This document shows positions 23,312 through 36,672 of a stretch of DNA of 64,000 nucleotides, in pieces. Origin of the DNA: the human T2T-CHM13v2.0 reference genome, Homo sapiens; contig CP086569.2 of assembly GCA_009914755.4 (NCBI GenBank), forward strand, positions 6,048,001 to 6,112,000, read 5' to 3'. Under the pieces are notes generated by a model that searched no databases, had not been told where the DNA came from, and was given only the letters and a program-made list of their open reading frames with translations. Each line of letters starts with the position of its first letter. The stretch's first letter is position 1. The position numbers and the translations under genes were made by a program.

Positions 23312-25864
23312 TTAAGCAGACTCCACTTACAGGCACGCAAACACACACACAAATACACAATGCCACACCTACCCACAAAGACAACCAACACTTGCAACAT
23401 TCCCACGGAAACTCACTGCCTGGCAGCTACTGAGGCTGTGTGGCTCATCAGAAATCCCCACCTGGGAGAGAGCAACCCCGGGTAACACATGCATGTTGTA
23501 CCTAGAAATCACATTGGGACAGGTTTCTAAAAGACTCACCCCTACAACCTCTAGGCAGGCCTGAGGAATCCTTCCAAATCCTTTTGGATCCCTAGGCAGT
23601 TTGCCATTTATTCCTGGGGCTCTTCTTGACCTTTCCTCAGTCTGGCTCTCATCTGCCCTTTTCTAGGACTATCCTGTGAATCCCACAGAGAAGACAGGTG
23701 TGGTTCCAATGCCGGTGCACCTCCAGGGAATTCTCCTTTTCTACCAAGCTCCAGGCCTTCTGCCATGATCATGAGACTATTTGTGGATTTCACAGAGAAG
23801 ATAGGTGAGAGTGTACCACTGACACACCTCCACAGAGGTCTCCGTCTCCAGCAAGAGGCAGGGACTTGTCACTAGGCAATGGTGACCTTTTTTGTAACTT
23901 TTGCCGAAGCTCACAATCAGCCCTGATACCTTGAGACTAGCACATGTGCATTCATGAGGGTGGCTCAGGCGCCTGACTGTTGGAGCTGTCAGCTTGCCTA
24001 AGCAGAGGAAAATAGTACAAGCAGAGATGGCCTGGTATCAGGACAAAGTCTGCCTGCGAAAACCAACGGCTGGACTGTAAAATTTGCAAAGTCAGGGCCC
24101 CTTCAGTTCATCTCCATGATTGGTTCCCGCTGGAGAAGAAGGCATTTCAAGATGGTGACATGGTCTCTGGAAACTGCTCTTCAGACTCCATTTCTGAAAA
24201 AGTCTATGTGCAAGTATCGGGTTTCATGGGGATTGGAGTATAGTCTGGTGAGTTGTTGAGGATTCTTTGGGTGATACAATCATACCTGAGACCCCAAAGG
24301 TGGGTGTCAGAGAAAGATGGCCGGTCTCTTGGCCTCACTGCCTCCCTTTATTTTGGACCTCGCAGGAGCTCTCTGGGAAAGGCAGCAACCTCAAAAAGGC
24401 AAGTCCAAGAAGGAGCAGTGTTCTCACATCGTGGACTGTCTTCTCACAGGTGCAGATGAGGTTGAGACAGTGTCTCCAAGGCTGTCTGTGGCCATGGCAA
24501 ACCTGAAAAGTGTCAAGTACTGCTGTTGATGGGCACTATGCATACCTTATGAAAGCAAAGAAAAATCAATGCTCACCTGAAAGAACAATCTGCCTTGTGC
24601 TGCAGTCCAAGCAATGTTCAAAGATTCCTGTCAGAGGACCGAAAAGCCTCCTGTAAAGTGCAAACAACCTCAGCCCCCACGTTGACACCATGGCTCACAA
24701 CCTGGATTTTGGTGAGCCTACCCAAAGTGTCTTTTGCTCCCTGAAATCCCTGGCAGCCAAAAGATCTGTGATGAGAGGTAGTACCATCCAGCAACAGTCC
24801 AGTGAAAGATCCCTTCCACAATGAGAAACGACATGCAGATGAAATGGAACAGTGCCTAGAATGCCAGCCAAAAGTGAGATATGACTGCCTGCTTCTCACC
24901 CCAGAGATCTTGCAGCCCCTGATAGAAGTGGTAGAACAAGAGTTTCCTTAATGGCAGCTGTAACAGGAAATCATGGTTTTAAAAGTATCACAGCTGCCAA
25001 GTAATTAAAATGTGACATTGTTAATATGAAATACGCACACAATGGATTCTCATAAGGGTCATAATCACTGTATGGGGAAATGTTTAGTGTCGAAGACGTT
25101 GAGCCAGACCCAGGAAACCCTAGGCTGATGAGGAGCATGGAAGTCAGGAAAAAAAGAGGCAAGTGTAGACGCCACATCCCAGCCAGGATAAATTCATGGT
25201 ACTCCCATTTGGCTTTAGTATGAAAGCCCTTAAATTGGCAGTTTGCAGGATGGCTTCAGTTTGCACTCCAAATGTTCCCTGCACCTTGTAGTACTCCCAC
25301 CTGAACACCGGGCCATGGTGTGGACTACTGTGTCATTAAGGGAATGCAGGGATGCAGTGTGAAGCACTTTCTGTCTTCTGTCTTCACCTTTTTTGCATGT
25401 TAAGGTGCAGGTCCTCATCCACCCCTCACCACATTGTATCTTCATCTCTCTGTGACCTTATTGCTACTGATATTCTCTGTTCCAGAATGAAATTCCAAGA
25501 TGATGGAGGGGTTCTCCTTCACGATGTGAAGCACCAGCTTGGCTGGGAACTAAATTCGAGGTACATTTAAAAAGCCCTGCAGACAGGACTGCTGCTGTCT
25601 CTCCCTGGGTTGGCTGAAGGACAATAAAACACTGGGAGATGTCTGTTCTTGAGGGTGGTATGGCCTTCTTCTTTCTAGGAAAGTGGTTTTTTTTGGGAGA
25701 AGGAGGTGTTTTGTTACCTGGCGGGTCTCATCCTGCCTTAGACTTCATTGCAGATTCATAATCCATAGAAAAAGAAAGAATACAAAGCCCCGCAGCCTGA
25801 GACAATCCACTAAAAAGTTGGAAGACTTAAAAAAAAGGGGGCTGCAGTGCTTTAGCAACATTAC
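23312..25864 (+). repeat. macrosatellite unit U10 (2553 bp; contains a ~105 bp internal tandem duplication)
   Basis: Boundary motif at 23312. Internal duplication at 23660-23870. Exon-like block at ~25395. Confidence 0.85.
23660..23870 (+). repeat. Tandem duplication of ~105 bp inside unit U10
   Basis: The segment ctagga(tcatgg)gactatcc...gacaggtg...ccaagc...cagg occurs twice in succession, at 23663-23766 and 23767-23870. The copies have already diverged. Confidence 0.6.
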
Positions 25865-25888
25865 TTTAAGCAGACTCCCCTTACAGAC

Positions 25889-25913
25889 ACCACACACACA
25901 CACACACACACAC
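25889..25913 (+). repeat. (AC)n microsatellite at the unit junction
   Basis: ccacacacacacacacacacacacacat. Confidence 0.9.
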
Positions 25914-27405
25914 ATAGACACAGCCATACATACACGCAAACATCCAACACTCACAACACTCTCACAGAAACACAAAGTCTGGCAGCTTCTCAGGCTTTGT
26001 GGTCCTGCAGGAAGCCCCACCTGGGAGACAGCCACCCCAGGAACACAGGTGGGCTTTACCTAGAAATCACAGTGGGGCAAGTTTCACAATGACTCACCCC
26101 TGCAACATCTAGGCAGGCATTAGAAATTCTACACATATTTTAAATCATTAGGAATGCTTCAGTTTATTCCTGAGGCTGCCCTTGAGGTTTCTTGAGGCTG
26201 GCTTCTGTCTGCCCTCTCCTAGCATCATGGGACTGTCCCATGCATTTTACTTAGAAGACAGGTGAGAGTCCACTACCAATGCCCCTACATGGAGGTTTCC
26301 TCCCTCAATCCACAGGGACTTGTCACTAGGCAATGGCGGCATTTATTGTGACACTAGTCAGAACTCCCAAACAGGCCTTTTGCACTGAGAGTAGAGCATG
26401 CACATTTGCCAGGTAGATTCGGGCCCCTGGCTGTCAGAGTTGTCAGCCTGCCTAAGCAGAGGAAAATGATATAGACAGAGATGGCATGCTATCATGAAAA
26501 AGTCTGTCTGTGATAACCAAGTGCAGTACCGTAAAATTATTGACCATGGAGCCCCTTCACGATGACTCCATGGCTGGGAACCACTGAAGGAGGAGGCTTT
26601 TCCAAACTGAGGTGGTCTCTGAAGACTGCTCTTCTGACTCCATTCCTGAAAGAGGCTGTGTGCAAGAATCAGGTTCCATGGAGATTGGAATATAGTCTGG
26701 TGAGTTGTTGAGGGGATTTTATGTGATGGAATTATACCCGAGACCCCAGAGTCAGCTTTCAATGAATGGGGCTCGGCCCTTGACTTCATTGCCTCCTATC
26801 ATCCTGGGCCTGGCAGGGGATCTATGAGAAAGGCAGGAACCACGACAAAGGCAGGTCCAAAGTCAAGCAGTATTCTTACATGTCGAACGGGTCTCTCACT
26901 CATGTAGATGATGTTGAAAAATGTTCACAGAAGGTGTCTGCGGAAATTGCAAGTCTGACAATCATGTCCACTAATGCTGTTGAGGGGCAATGTGGACCCA
27001 GCCTGAAAGGAAAGAAAAATCAAGGCTTGCTTGAGAGAAGGAGCTGGCTTGAGCTGGAGTATAAGAAACTTTCAAAGGTTCCTGTCAGAGGAACCAAAAG
27101 CCTCCTGAGAACTGCAAACAACCTCAGCTCTCACAATGAGACCACGAACCACAAGCTGGAAGGCAGCCAGCCTATGCAAAGTCATTTTTGCTTTCTGAAA
27201 TCAGTGGCAGCAAAATCTGTATTTAGAGACATTCCCATCTAGCAACATTCAATGCTATATGCCCTCCACAATGAGACAAGACTTGCAGATGAAATAAAAC
27301 AGAACATAGATTACCAGAAAAAAAGCTAGATACGTCTGTCTGCTTCTCATCCTACTGGAATTATGCAGCCTTTTGATAGAAATGGGAGAAGAACTGTTTC
27401 CCAAG

Positions 27406-27706
<301 letters not shown>

Positions 27707-28400
27707 TTATTTGTTGGTGGCTGTAATGGGAATTTATGGTTTTAAAAGTATCACAACAGCTCTGCCATTAAAATGTGACAGTGTTTAGAAGGAAGCACTG
27801 ATGAAATACATTCCCATGAGGGTCATCCTCTGTGAACCAGGAAACGTTTATTGTGAAAGACATTTAGCCAGACCCAGGAAATTCTGGGCCAATGAAGAAC
27901 ACGAAAGTGAGGAAAAGAAGAGGCAAGTGTGGAGACCATATCCCACACAGCATCATTCCATCCCACTCCCCCTTGGCTCCCTGTACAAAAGCCCTCCAAT
28001 AGGGAATGTGCCAGCATTGCCAAAGTTTGCACTAACATTGTTTCCTGCCACTTGGAGTAGTCACACCAGAACACAGGGCCATGGTGTGGAATCCTTTTGC
28101 AATTAAGGGAATGCTTAAATGCAGTTGGAAGCACCTTCTGTGTCATCTGTTTTTACCATTTCTGCAGGTGAAGGTGTGGGACCCCATCCACCCTTCACCA
28201 GATTGCATCCTCACCCGCATCTTACCTTATTGCTGCTCAAACTCTGTGTCCCAGAATGAAATCCCAGGATGATGGAGGATTGCCCCCTCACAACGTGAAG
28301 CAGCTGCTCAGCTGGAAACTGAATTCAAGGTTAATTCAAGGAGCTCTGCAACATGACTGGTAGTGTTGATTTTTGGGTTGACTTCAGGACAATAAAACAT

Positions 28401-29150
28401 TCTCCAGGAATCATGCAGCTTTTCTATAGAAGTGAGAGAACAAGAGTTTCCTTGTTTGTGGCTGTTGCATGAATTTACAGTTTTAAAAGTATCACAGCTG
28501 CCCAGTCATTAAAACATGGCAGTGTTTAGGGGGAAATACTCACACAATAGAATCCCATGAGGATCATTTTCCATGAACTGGGGAATGTTGAGTTTAGAAG
28601 ACGTTGAGCCAGACCAAGGAAACTACGCCAATGACGAACAAAGAAGTCAGGAAAAGATGAGGCAATTGTGGAAGCTGCATCCCACCCAGTATCAATCCAT
28701 CCCACTCACATTTGGCTCTGCGTTTGAAAGCCCTCAAATTGAGAGTTTGCCAGGATGGCCCCAGTTTGCACTCCAAATGTTCCCTGTGTGTTAGAGTACT
28801 CCCACATGAAAATGGGGCCATAGTGTGGACAGCTTGTGATATTAAGGGAATACAAGGACAAGGATATAGTTGGAAATAACTTCTTTGTCATTTGTCTTCA
28901 CCTTTTTTCAGGTGAAGGTGTAGGACCCCATCCACCCCTCACCAGATTGTATCCTCACCCCTATCTGACCTCACTGCTGCTCACACTCTCTGACCCAAAG
29001 TGAAACCCCAAGACAATGGATTAGTGCCTCCGTACAAGGTGAAGCACCTACTCAGGTGGGAATCAAATTTGAGGTAAATTCAAGGGGCCCTGTGAACAGT
29101 GCTACTGTCTATCACTGGGTTGGCTGCAGGATTAAAACACACTGGAAGAT
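28401..29150 (+). repeat. Intra-unit tandem duplication of ~750 bp; this is the second copy of the segment 27350-28400, which also contains the Alu
   Basis: At 28400 the sequence jumps from ggacaataaaacat back to tctccaggaatcatgcagc. The ORF-rich region and the exon-like block are therefore present twice, with exon-like blocks at ~28170 and ~28905. Confidence 0.75.
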
Positions 29151-29376
29151 GTCTGTTCTTGAATGTGGTGTGCTCCTCTTCTTTGTAGAAGAGAGACTGT
29201 TTTTACAGGGAAAGGTGATTTGGACCTCTGCCAGCATCCCAATTCACAATAGATTCATTATCTACAGAAAAATAGAGAACATTGAGCCCTGCAGCCAAAA
29301 CAGTGACACCAACAGGCCACCAAAATGTTAGGAGACTTGAAAAATGAAGTGCCACAGTGCGTTAGCCAGATTTTTT

Positions 29377-31886
29377 TTAAGCAGACTCCATGTACAGGCA
29401 CACACACACAAACAAAAAAACACCGAAAGCCACACACACACAAGCAGACATCCAGCACTCCCAATGCTCCCATAGCAACACTCAGCCCTGCAGCTTCTGG
29501 GTTGTGTGGTTCTGCAGGAAGCTCCACCTGGGAGAGGGCAGCCATGGGGAAAACAGGCTCTACATAGAAATCAGAGTAGGGCAAGTTTCCAAAAGACTCA
29601 CCCCTACAACGTCTAGGCAGGCCTAAGGCATTCTGCAGATATTTTTGGATCCTTAGGGATTTCAGGGCTTATTCCTGGCTCTGATTGATGTTTTTTTTTC
29701 AGTTTGGTTCACCTCTGCCCTCTCCTGGGATCATGGGACTATACTGTGAATCCCACAGAGATGGCAGGCGAAATTCCAACACCAATACCCACCCCCCGCC
29801 CCCACGAAATTCTCCTTTTCCGCCAAGCCATAGGGACTTGTCAGTAGTCAATGGTGGCATTGACTGTGACGCTAGCCATAGTGCACATCTCATGCCTGGT
29901 GCCCTGATACTAGCACATATCCCTTCATGAGGCAGGTTGTTGTGCCTGGCTCTAGGAGATGTCAGCCTGCCTAAACAGAGGAAAATGGTACAGACAGAGC
30001 TGATCTGGTGTCAGAAATAATGCTGCCTGTGATAATTCACTGTGGGACTCTAAACTTTTGAGCTTAGGGCATCTTTGGGCCATCTCTGGGTCGTTCCCTC
30101 TGGAGGAGGAGACATTTTGATACTGTGAGGTAGTCGCTGGAAAGTGCCCTTCTGACTCCATTCTTAAAAAAGGCTGTGTGCAGGAATCGTGTCCCATGGG
30201 TATTGAAATATAGTCTGGGGAATTGTTGAGAGGTCTTTGCATGATGGAATCATACCTGAGACCCCAGAGGCAGATGTCAGTGACAGACTACCAGGGCCTT
30301 GGCCTCACTGCCTCCCTTCATTTTGGGCCTCACAAGGTCTCTCTGGGAAAGGTAGGAACCACGACAAAGACAAATCCAGTGTGGAGCAGTGTTCTCACAC
30401 ATCGCACTGGCCTTTCATAGGTGCAGATGATGTTGGGACAGTGTCTCAAAGGTTGTCTGTGGTGATTGTAAGCCTGTAAAGAATGTCTATTAGCACTGTT
30501 GAGGAGAACTGTGGACCCCCCATGAAATGAAAGAAAAATCAAGACTCCCCTGATTGAATGAGGTTACTTGCCCTGGCATCCAGGCAATGTTCAAATATTC
30601 CTGTCAGAGAACCCAAAGCCTTCTACAAAGTGAAAACCACCTGAGCCTCCACAATGAGAAAACAACCCACAACCTGGAGTGTAGCCAGCCTACCTGAAGT
30701 TTCTATTTTTCCCTGTAATCCCTGGCAACCAATAGATCTTTGGCAAGAGGCACTCCCACCCAGCTATAGCACAGTGAAAGAAACCCTCCACAATGAGAAA
30801 GGATGGGCAGATCTAATAAAACAGATCCTAGATTACCAGAAAAAGCCACACAGGGCTGCCTCCTTCTCATCCTACAGGAATCATGCAGCTCTCCGATAGA
30901 AGTGGGAGAAACAGAGTTTCCTTCTTGGCCACTGGAATGTGAATTTATTGTTTTAAAATTATCACAGCTGCCCAGACATTAAACTGAGACAGTGCTTAGA
31001 AAGAAATAATCACACAATGGATCCCCATGAGATCATCCTTGTGAAGTGGAAATGCTTGTTATGGAAAACTTAGATCCAGACCCAGGAAACCTTAGGTCGA
31101 TGAGGAACATGGAAGTCAGAATGCAAAGATGAAAGTGTGGAGGCCACATGCCACCAGCATCAATCCCTCCCAGTCCCATTTGGTTCTGGGTATGAAAGCC
31201 CTCAAATATGGAGTTAGCCAACTTGGCCCCAGTTTGTACTCCAAATGTCCCCTGCACGTTGGAGTACTCCCGCGTGAACACAGGGCCATGGTATGTGCGG
31301 CTTGTGCAACTAAGAGAATGCTGGGATGCAGTTGGAAGCAACTTCTGTGTTATCTGTCTTCTTTTTTTTTTTTCTTTTTTTGCAGGTGAAGGTACAGCAT
31401 GGCATCCACCCCTCACCAGAGGGGTATCCCCACCCCTATCTGACCTTATTACCTTATTGCTGTTCAAAGTCTCTATCCCAGACTGAAATCCCAAGACAAT
31501 GGAGAAGTTCCCCCTGATGATGTGAAGCACCAACTCCTCTGGGAATCAAATTCGAGGTAAATTTAATAGGCCCGGTAGAGATGAATGATAGTGTCTCTCC
31601 TTGGATTGGCTGAAAGACAATTAAACACTGGTATATTTCTGTTCTTGGTTGTGGTGTTCTTCTGTTCTTTCTAGAAGAGTGGCTTTTTTGGCAAAGGAAG
31701 GTGATTTGGACAGTGGTGTTTCTCAGCCAGCTTGCCAATTCACTGCAGATTCATGATCCTCAGAAAAATAAAGAATATGGATCCCAGCAGCCCAAGTAGA
31801 CCCACACATACAGGCCACTACAATGTTTGGAGACTCAAAAAAAAAAAAAGAAAAAAGAATCACTGCAGTGCATTAGCCACATTCCT
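29377..31886 (+). repeat. macrosatellite unit U12 (2510 bp)
   Basis: Boundary motif at 29377. Exon-like block at ~31385, preceded by T-tract 31362-31381. Confidence 0.85.
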
Positions 31887-34331
31887 TTAAGCAGACTCCA
31901 CTTAACAGGCACACACACACTCAATCACACATACACACTACCACATACATGCAGATTTCCAACATTTGCAACACTCTCACAAAAACACACAGCCCAGCAG
32001 CTTCTTAGGCTTCTTGGTTCTGCAGGAAGCCCTGCCTTTGAAAGAGCAACCCCAGGGAACACAGGCAGCCTGTGCCTAGAAATTACAGTATGGTAAGTTT
32101 TAAAAAGACTCATCCCGACAAAGTCTGGGAGGCTTGAGGCATCCTGCAGATTCTTTTGGATCTGTACGGATTTTGTGGCTTATTCCTGGGGCTGTGCTTG
32201 ACTTTTCTTCAGGCTGACTCACCTGCTCCCTCTCCTTAGGCCCATGGGACTATCGTGGGAATCCCACAGGGAAGATAGGCGAGAGTCCACCGCTGACTCA
32301 CCTCCACGGAGTTCTTATCCACAAAGTCACAGGGACTTATCCCTAGGCAATGGTGGCCTTCATTGTGATGCTAGCTGGAGCCCATAGCTCAGTCCTTGTG
32401 TCTAAGAGTATGCAGGCTTTCGTGATGGGCTGTCAGACCTGTCAGCCAGCCTAAAAAAAAAAGAAAAAAAAAGATACAGGAAGAGCCGGCACGGTATTGA
32501 AAAAAATGCTGCCTACAATAACTCAATGAGGGACCATAAATGTCTCAACTGTAGTGCCTCTACAAGTCATTCCTGTGGCCAGGTCCCACTGGAGAAGGAG
32601 GTGATTCGAGACTACGAGGTGGTCTTTGGAAAGTGTTACTCTGATTCCATTCCTGAAAGGCTGTGTGCAAGAGTCTGGACAGATGGAGGTTAGAATATAT
32701 TCTGGTGAGTTGTTGAGGGCTCTTTGGGTGGTGGAATCATACCTGAGAGACCAGAGGTGGGTGTCATCAAAAGATGGCTGGGCTCTTGACCTCACTGCCT
32801 CCCTTCATGCTGGGCCTTGCAGAGGCCCTCTGGGAAAGGAAGGAACCACGAAAAAAGCAAGTCCAAGGCAGAGCAGTGTTCTCTGACCTCGAGCTGACCC
32901 CTAACGGATTCAGATGAGGTTGAGACAGTGTCTCAGAGCCCGTCTGTGATGAATGCAAGCCTAAAAAGGGTTTCCAGTAATGCTGTTGAGGGGCACTGTG
33001 GACCCAAGATGAAAGCAAAGAAAATTCAAGGCCTGCCTGAGAGAACCACCTGACTTGTGCTGGAGTCCAAGTAACATTCAAAGATTTCTGTCACAGGACC
33101 CTAAATCCTCCTGCAAATTGCAAACAGCCTCAGCTGCAACAATGAGACCATGACCCACAAGCTGGAGCTCAGCCAGCCTGCCTAAATTCCCTTTTGCTTT
33201 CAGAAATCCCTGGCAGCCAAAAGATTTGTGGTGAGTGGCACCCCCATCCAGAAACAGCCCAATGAAAGATCCCCTCCACAATAAGAAAGGACATATAGAT
33301 GAAATGAAATAGAGTCTAGATTTCCAGGCAAAAGACAGAAATGCCTGCCTGTTTCTCATCCTAGAGAAACTGTGTAGCCCTCTGATAGAAGTGGGAGAAC
33401 AAGAGTTTCCTTGTTGGTGGCTGCAACGGGAATTTACAGTTCTAAAAGTATCACAACTCTCCAGTCATTAAAACGTGACAGTGTTTAGAAGGAAACATTC
33501 ACTCAATGAATTCCCATGAGGGTCGTCCTCCATGAACTGGGAACATTTAGTTTGGAAGAAATTGAGCCAGACCAAGGAAACCCTATGCTGAAAAGGAACA
33601 CGGAAGTCAAGAAAACAAGAGGCAAGTGTGGAGGCCACATGCCACCCAGTATCTATCGATTGCCCTCCCATTATGCTTCAGATATAAAAGCCCTCAAATT
33701 GGGAGATTGTGAGGATGGCCCCAGTTTGCACTCCAAATATTCCCTGAACGTTGGAGTACTCCCACCTGAACAATGGGGATTGTGTGGACTGCTTTTGCAA
33801 CTAAAGGAATTTGGCAATGCAGTTGGAAACACCTTCTGTGTCATCTGTTTTAAACTTTTTTGCAAGCTAAGGTGTGGGACCCCATACACCCCTCAGCAGA
33901 TTGTATCCTCACCCCTAACTGTTCTTTTTGCTGCTCACACTCTCTGTTCCAGAAAAAAAATCCCAAAACGATGGAGGAGTTGCCCCTCATGACATGTAGA
34001 ACCTGCTCTCCTGGGAACCAAATTCTAGGTAAATTCAAAGGGTCTTGTGAACAACACTGCTATTGTCTCTCCCTGGGATGGCCACAGAACAATGAAAAAC
34101 ATTGTGATGTCTATTCTTAGGTGTGGTTTTCTCCTGTTCTTTCCTGAAGAGTGACACTTTTGCAGGTGGAGGGGACTTGGACCCTAGCAGGTCATAGCCA
34201 GCCTCTCAATTAACTGCATTCATGATCCACAGAAAAATAAAGAACACACATACCAAGTAAAACAGCAGAGACAAGTCACCAAAATTTTTGGAGACTCAAA
34301 AAAAATGCTATAGTGCAATAGCTACATTCCT
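31887..34331 (+). repeat. macrosatellite unit U13 (2445 bp)
   Basis: Boundary motif at 31887. Exon-like block at ~33872. Confidence 0.85.
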
Positions 34332-36672
34332 TTAAGCAGACTCCACTTACAGACACACACATGCACACACACACAAACACACAATGCCACAAACACACAT
34401 GCAGATTTTGAACATTTGCAACACTCCCACAGAAACATACAGCCTGGTCTCGCCTGAAGCTGTGTGGTTCTGCAGGAAACCCCACATGGCATAGAGCAAC
34501 AATGCACAACACAAGGGGGGCTGTAACTAGAAATCACAGTGGGGCAAGTTTCAAAAACACACCCCTACAATGTCTAGGCAGGCCTGAGGAATCCACTTCT
34601 GCCCTCTCCTAGGATTGTGGGACTATGCCATGGATTTCACAGAGAATAAAAGCAGAGTCCACTGCAGATGCACCCCCATGAAGGTCTCCTTTTTCCACCA
34701 AGCCTCAGGGCCTTGTTGCTAGGCAATGATAACATTCATTGTGATGCTCAAAAGAGCTCACAATCAGGTCTGGTGCCCCAAGACTAGTGCAAACACATTC
34801 ATGAGTTAGGTTCACTTACCTGGCTGTCAGAGCTGTTAGCCTGCCTAACCAAGGAAAATGGTACAGGCAGAACCTGCCTGGTATCAGAAAAAAAGCAGCC
34901 TGTGAAAACCCATTGCTGGACCCAAAAAAGTCTCCATCTCTGGGCCCCTTCGTCCGTCTCTGTGATCGGGTCCCATTGGAGGAGAAGGCATTTTGAGATT
35001 GTGAGGTGGTCTCTGGAAACTGCTGTTCTGACTCCATTCCCAAAAGAGAATGTGTGTCAGAATCAGGTCCCATGGAAATTGGTTTATAGTCTGGCGTGCT
35101 GTTGAGGGGTTTTTGGGTGATAGAATCAGACTTTGTTGAGGGTTTTTTGGGTAAAAGAATCATACTTGAAACCCCAGAGGCGGCACTTGACCTGTTCTTA
35201 CACCTCAGACTGGCCTCTCAAGGGCACAGATGACATTGAAACAGTGTCTCAGATGTCATCTGTGGTGATGGCAAGGGTGAACAGTATGTGCAGTAGTGCA
35301 GTTGGGGGACACTGTGGATCCCCCATGAAAGCAAAGAAAAATCTAGGCTCGCATGAGAGAACAAGCTGCCTTGTGCTGGAGTACAGGCAATGTTCAACGA
35401 TTCCTGTCTGAGGACGCAAAAGCCTCCCACAAAGTGCAAAGAACCTCAGCCCCCAGAACGAGACAACAATCACAACATGGAGCCCATCCAGCATACACAA
35501 AGTCCCTTTTGCTGTCTAAAATTCCTGGCAGTTAATTAAACTGTAGAGAGAGGGAGTCCCATCCAGGAACAGCCCAAAGAAACAGCCCTCCCACAATGAG
35601 AAGGCCGTGAAGATGAAATAAAATAGAGACTAGATTACCAGGCAAAAGCTAGACATGTTTGCCTGCTTCTTATCCTTCAGAAATCGTGCAGCTTTCTGAT
35701 GCAAGTGGGAGAACAAGGGTTTCTTTGTTGGTGACTGTAATACAAATTTACAGTTTTAAAAATATTAAAGCTGTGCAGTCATTAAAATGTGACAATGCTT
35801 AGAAACCAACACTCACACAATGGATTCCAGTGAGGGTCATTCTTCATGAACTGGGAAATGTTTAGTGTGGAAGTTGTTGAGCCAGACCCAGGAAACCCTA
35901 GGCCAATGAGGCGCATGGAAGAAAGGAAAAGAAGAGGCAAGTGTGAAGGCCACATGCCACCCAGCATCAATACATTGCACTCCCATTTGCCTCCGTGTAT
36001 GAAAGACCTCAAATCCAGAGTTTGCCAGGATGGTCCCAACTGGCACTTCCAATATTCCTTGCACATTGCAGAACTCCCACCTGAACATTGGGGCCATGGT
36101 GTGGACTGTTTGTGCAATTAATTAAATGTGAGTACAGACGTAGAATCACCTCCTGCATCAATTGTCTTCATTTTTATTGCATGGGAAGTTGTGGGACCCC
36201 TTCCACCCCTCATCTAATTGTATCCTCACTCCAGTCTCACCTTATTCCTTCTCACACTCAATGTCCCAGAATGAAAACCTAAGACAATGGAGAAGGGACC
36301 CTTCATGATTTGAAGCACCTGCATGGCTGGAAACTGAATTTGTGGTAAATTCAAGGGCACCTGCAGACAGGACTTTAATTGCCTCTCCCTGGGTTGGAAG
36401 CAGGGCAATGAAATGTGGCAGATGTCAATTTTTCCACTTTTTGTGGTGTGGTGTGTCCTTCTTCTTTCTAGAAAAGTGGACTTTTTTTTCAGGAGGAGGT
36501 GATTTGGATGCCAGTGGATCCTTGCCCGCCTCCCAATTCACTGCGGATTCACGATACACAGAAAATTTAAAAACATGGAGCCCCGCAAGCCAAGCAGAGC
36601 CACACATAAAGGCCAAACAGAAGGTTTGGAGACACAGAAAAAGAAGCAGTGAAGTGTGATAGCCACATTTCT
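34332..36672 (+). repeat. macrosatellite unit U14 (2341 bp; small deletions)
   Basis: Boundary motif at 34332. A ~120 bp deletion at ~34590 and a ~250 bp deletion at ~35180. Exon-like block at ~36185. Confidence 0.85.

Noticed and set aside
31033-31533. 166-aa minus-strand ORF, plus homologous minus-strand ORFs in other units (13797, 16165, 28594, 35782, 40569, 42373)
   Set aside because: It lies antisense to the recurrent + strand ORF region. Both strands being open in the same stop-poor segment argues against selection for coding. The copies differ by frameshifts.
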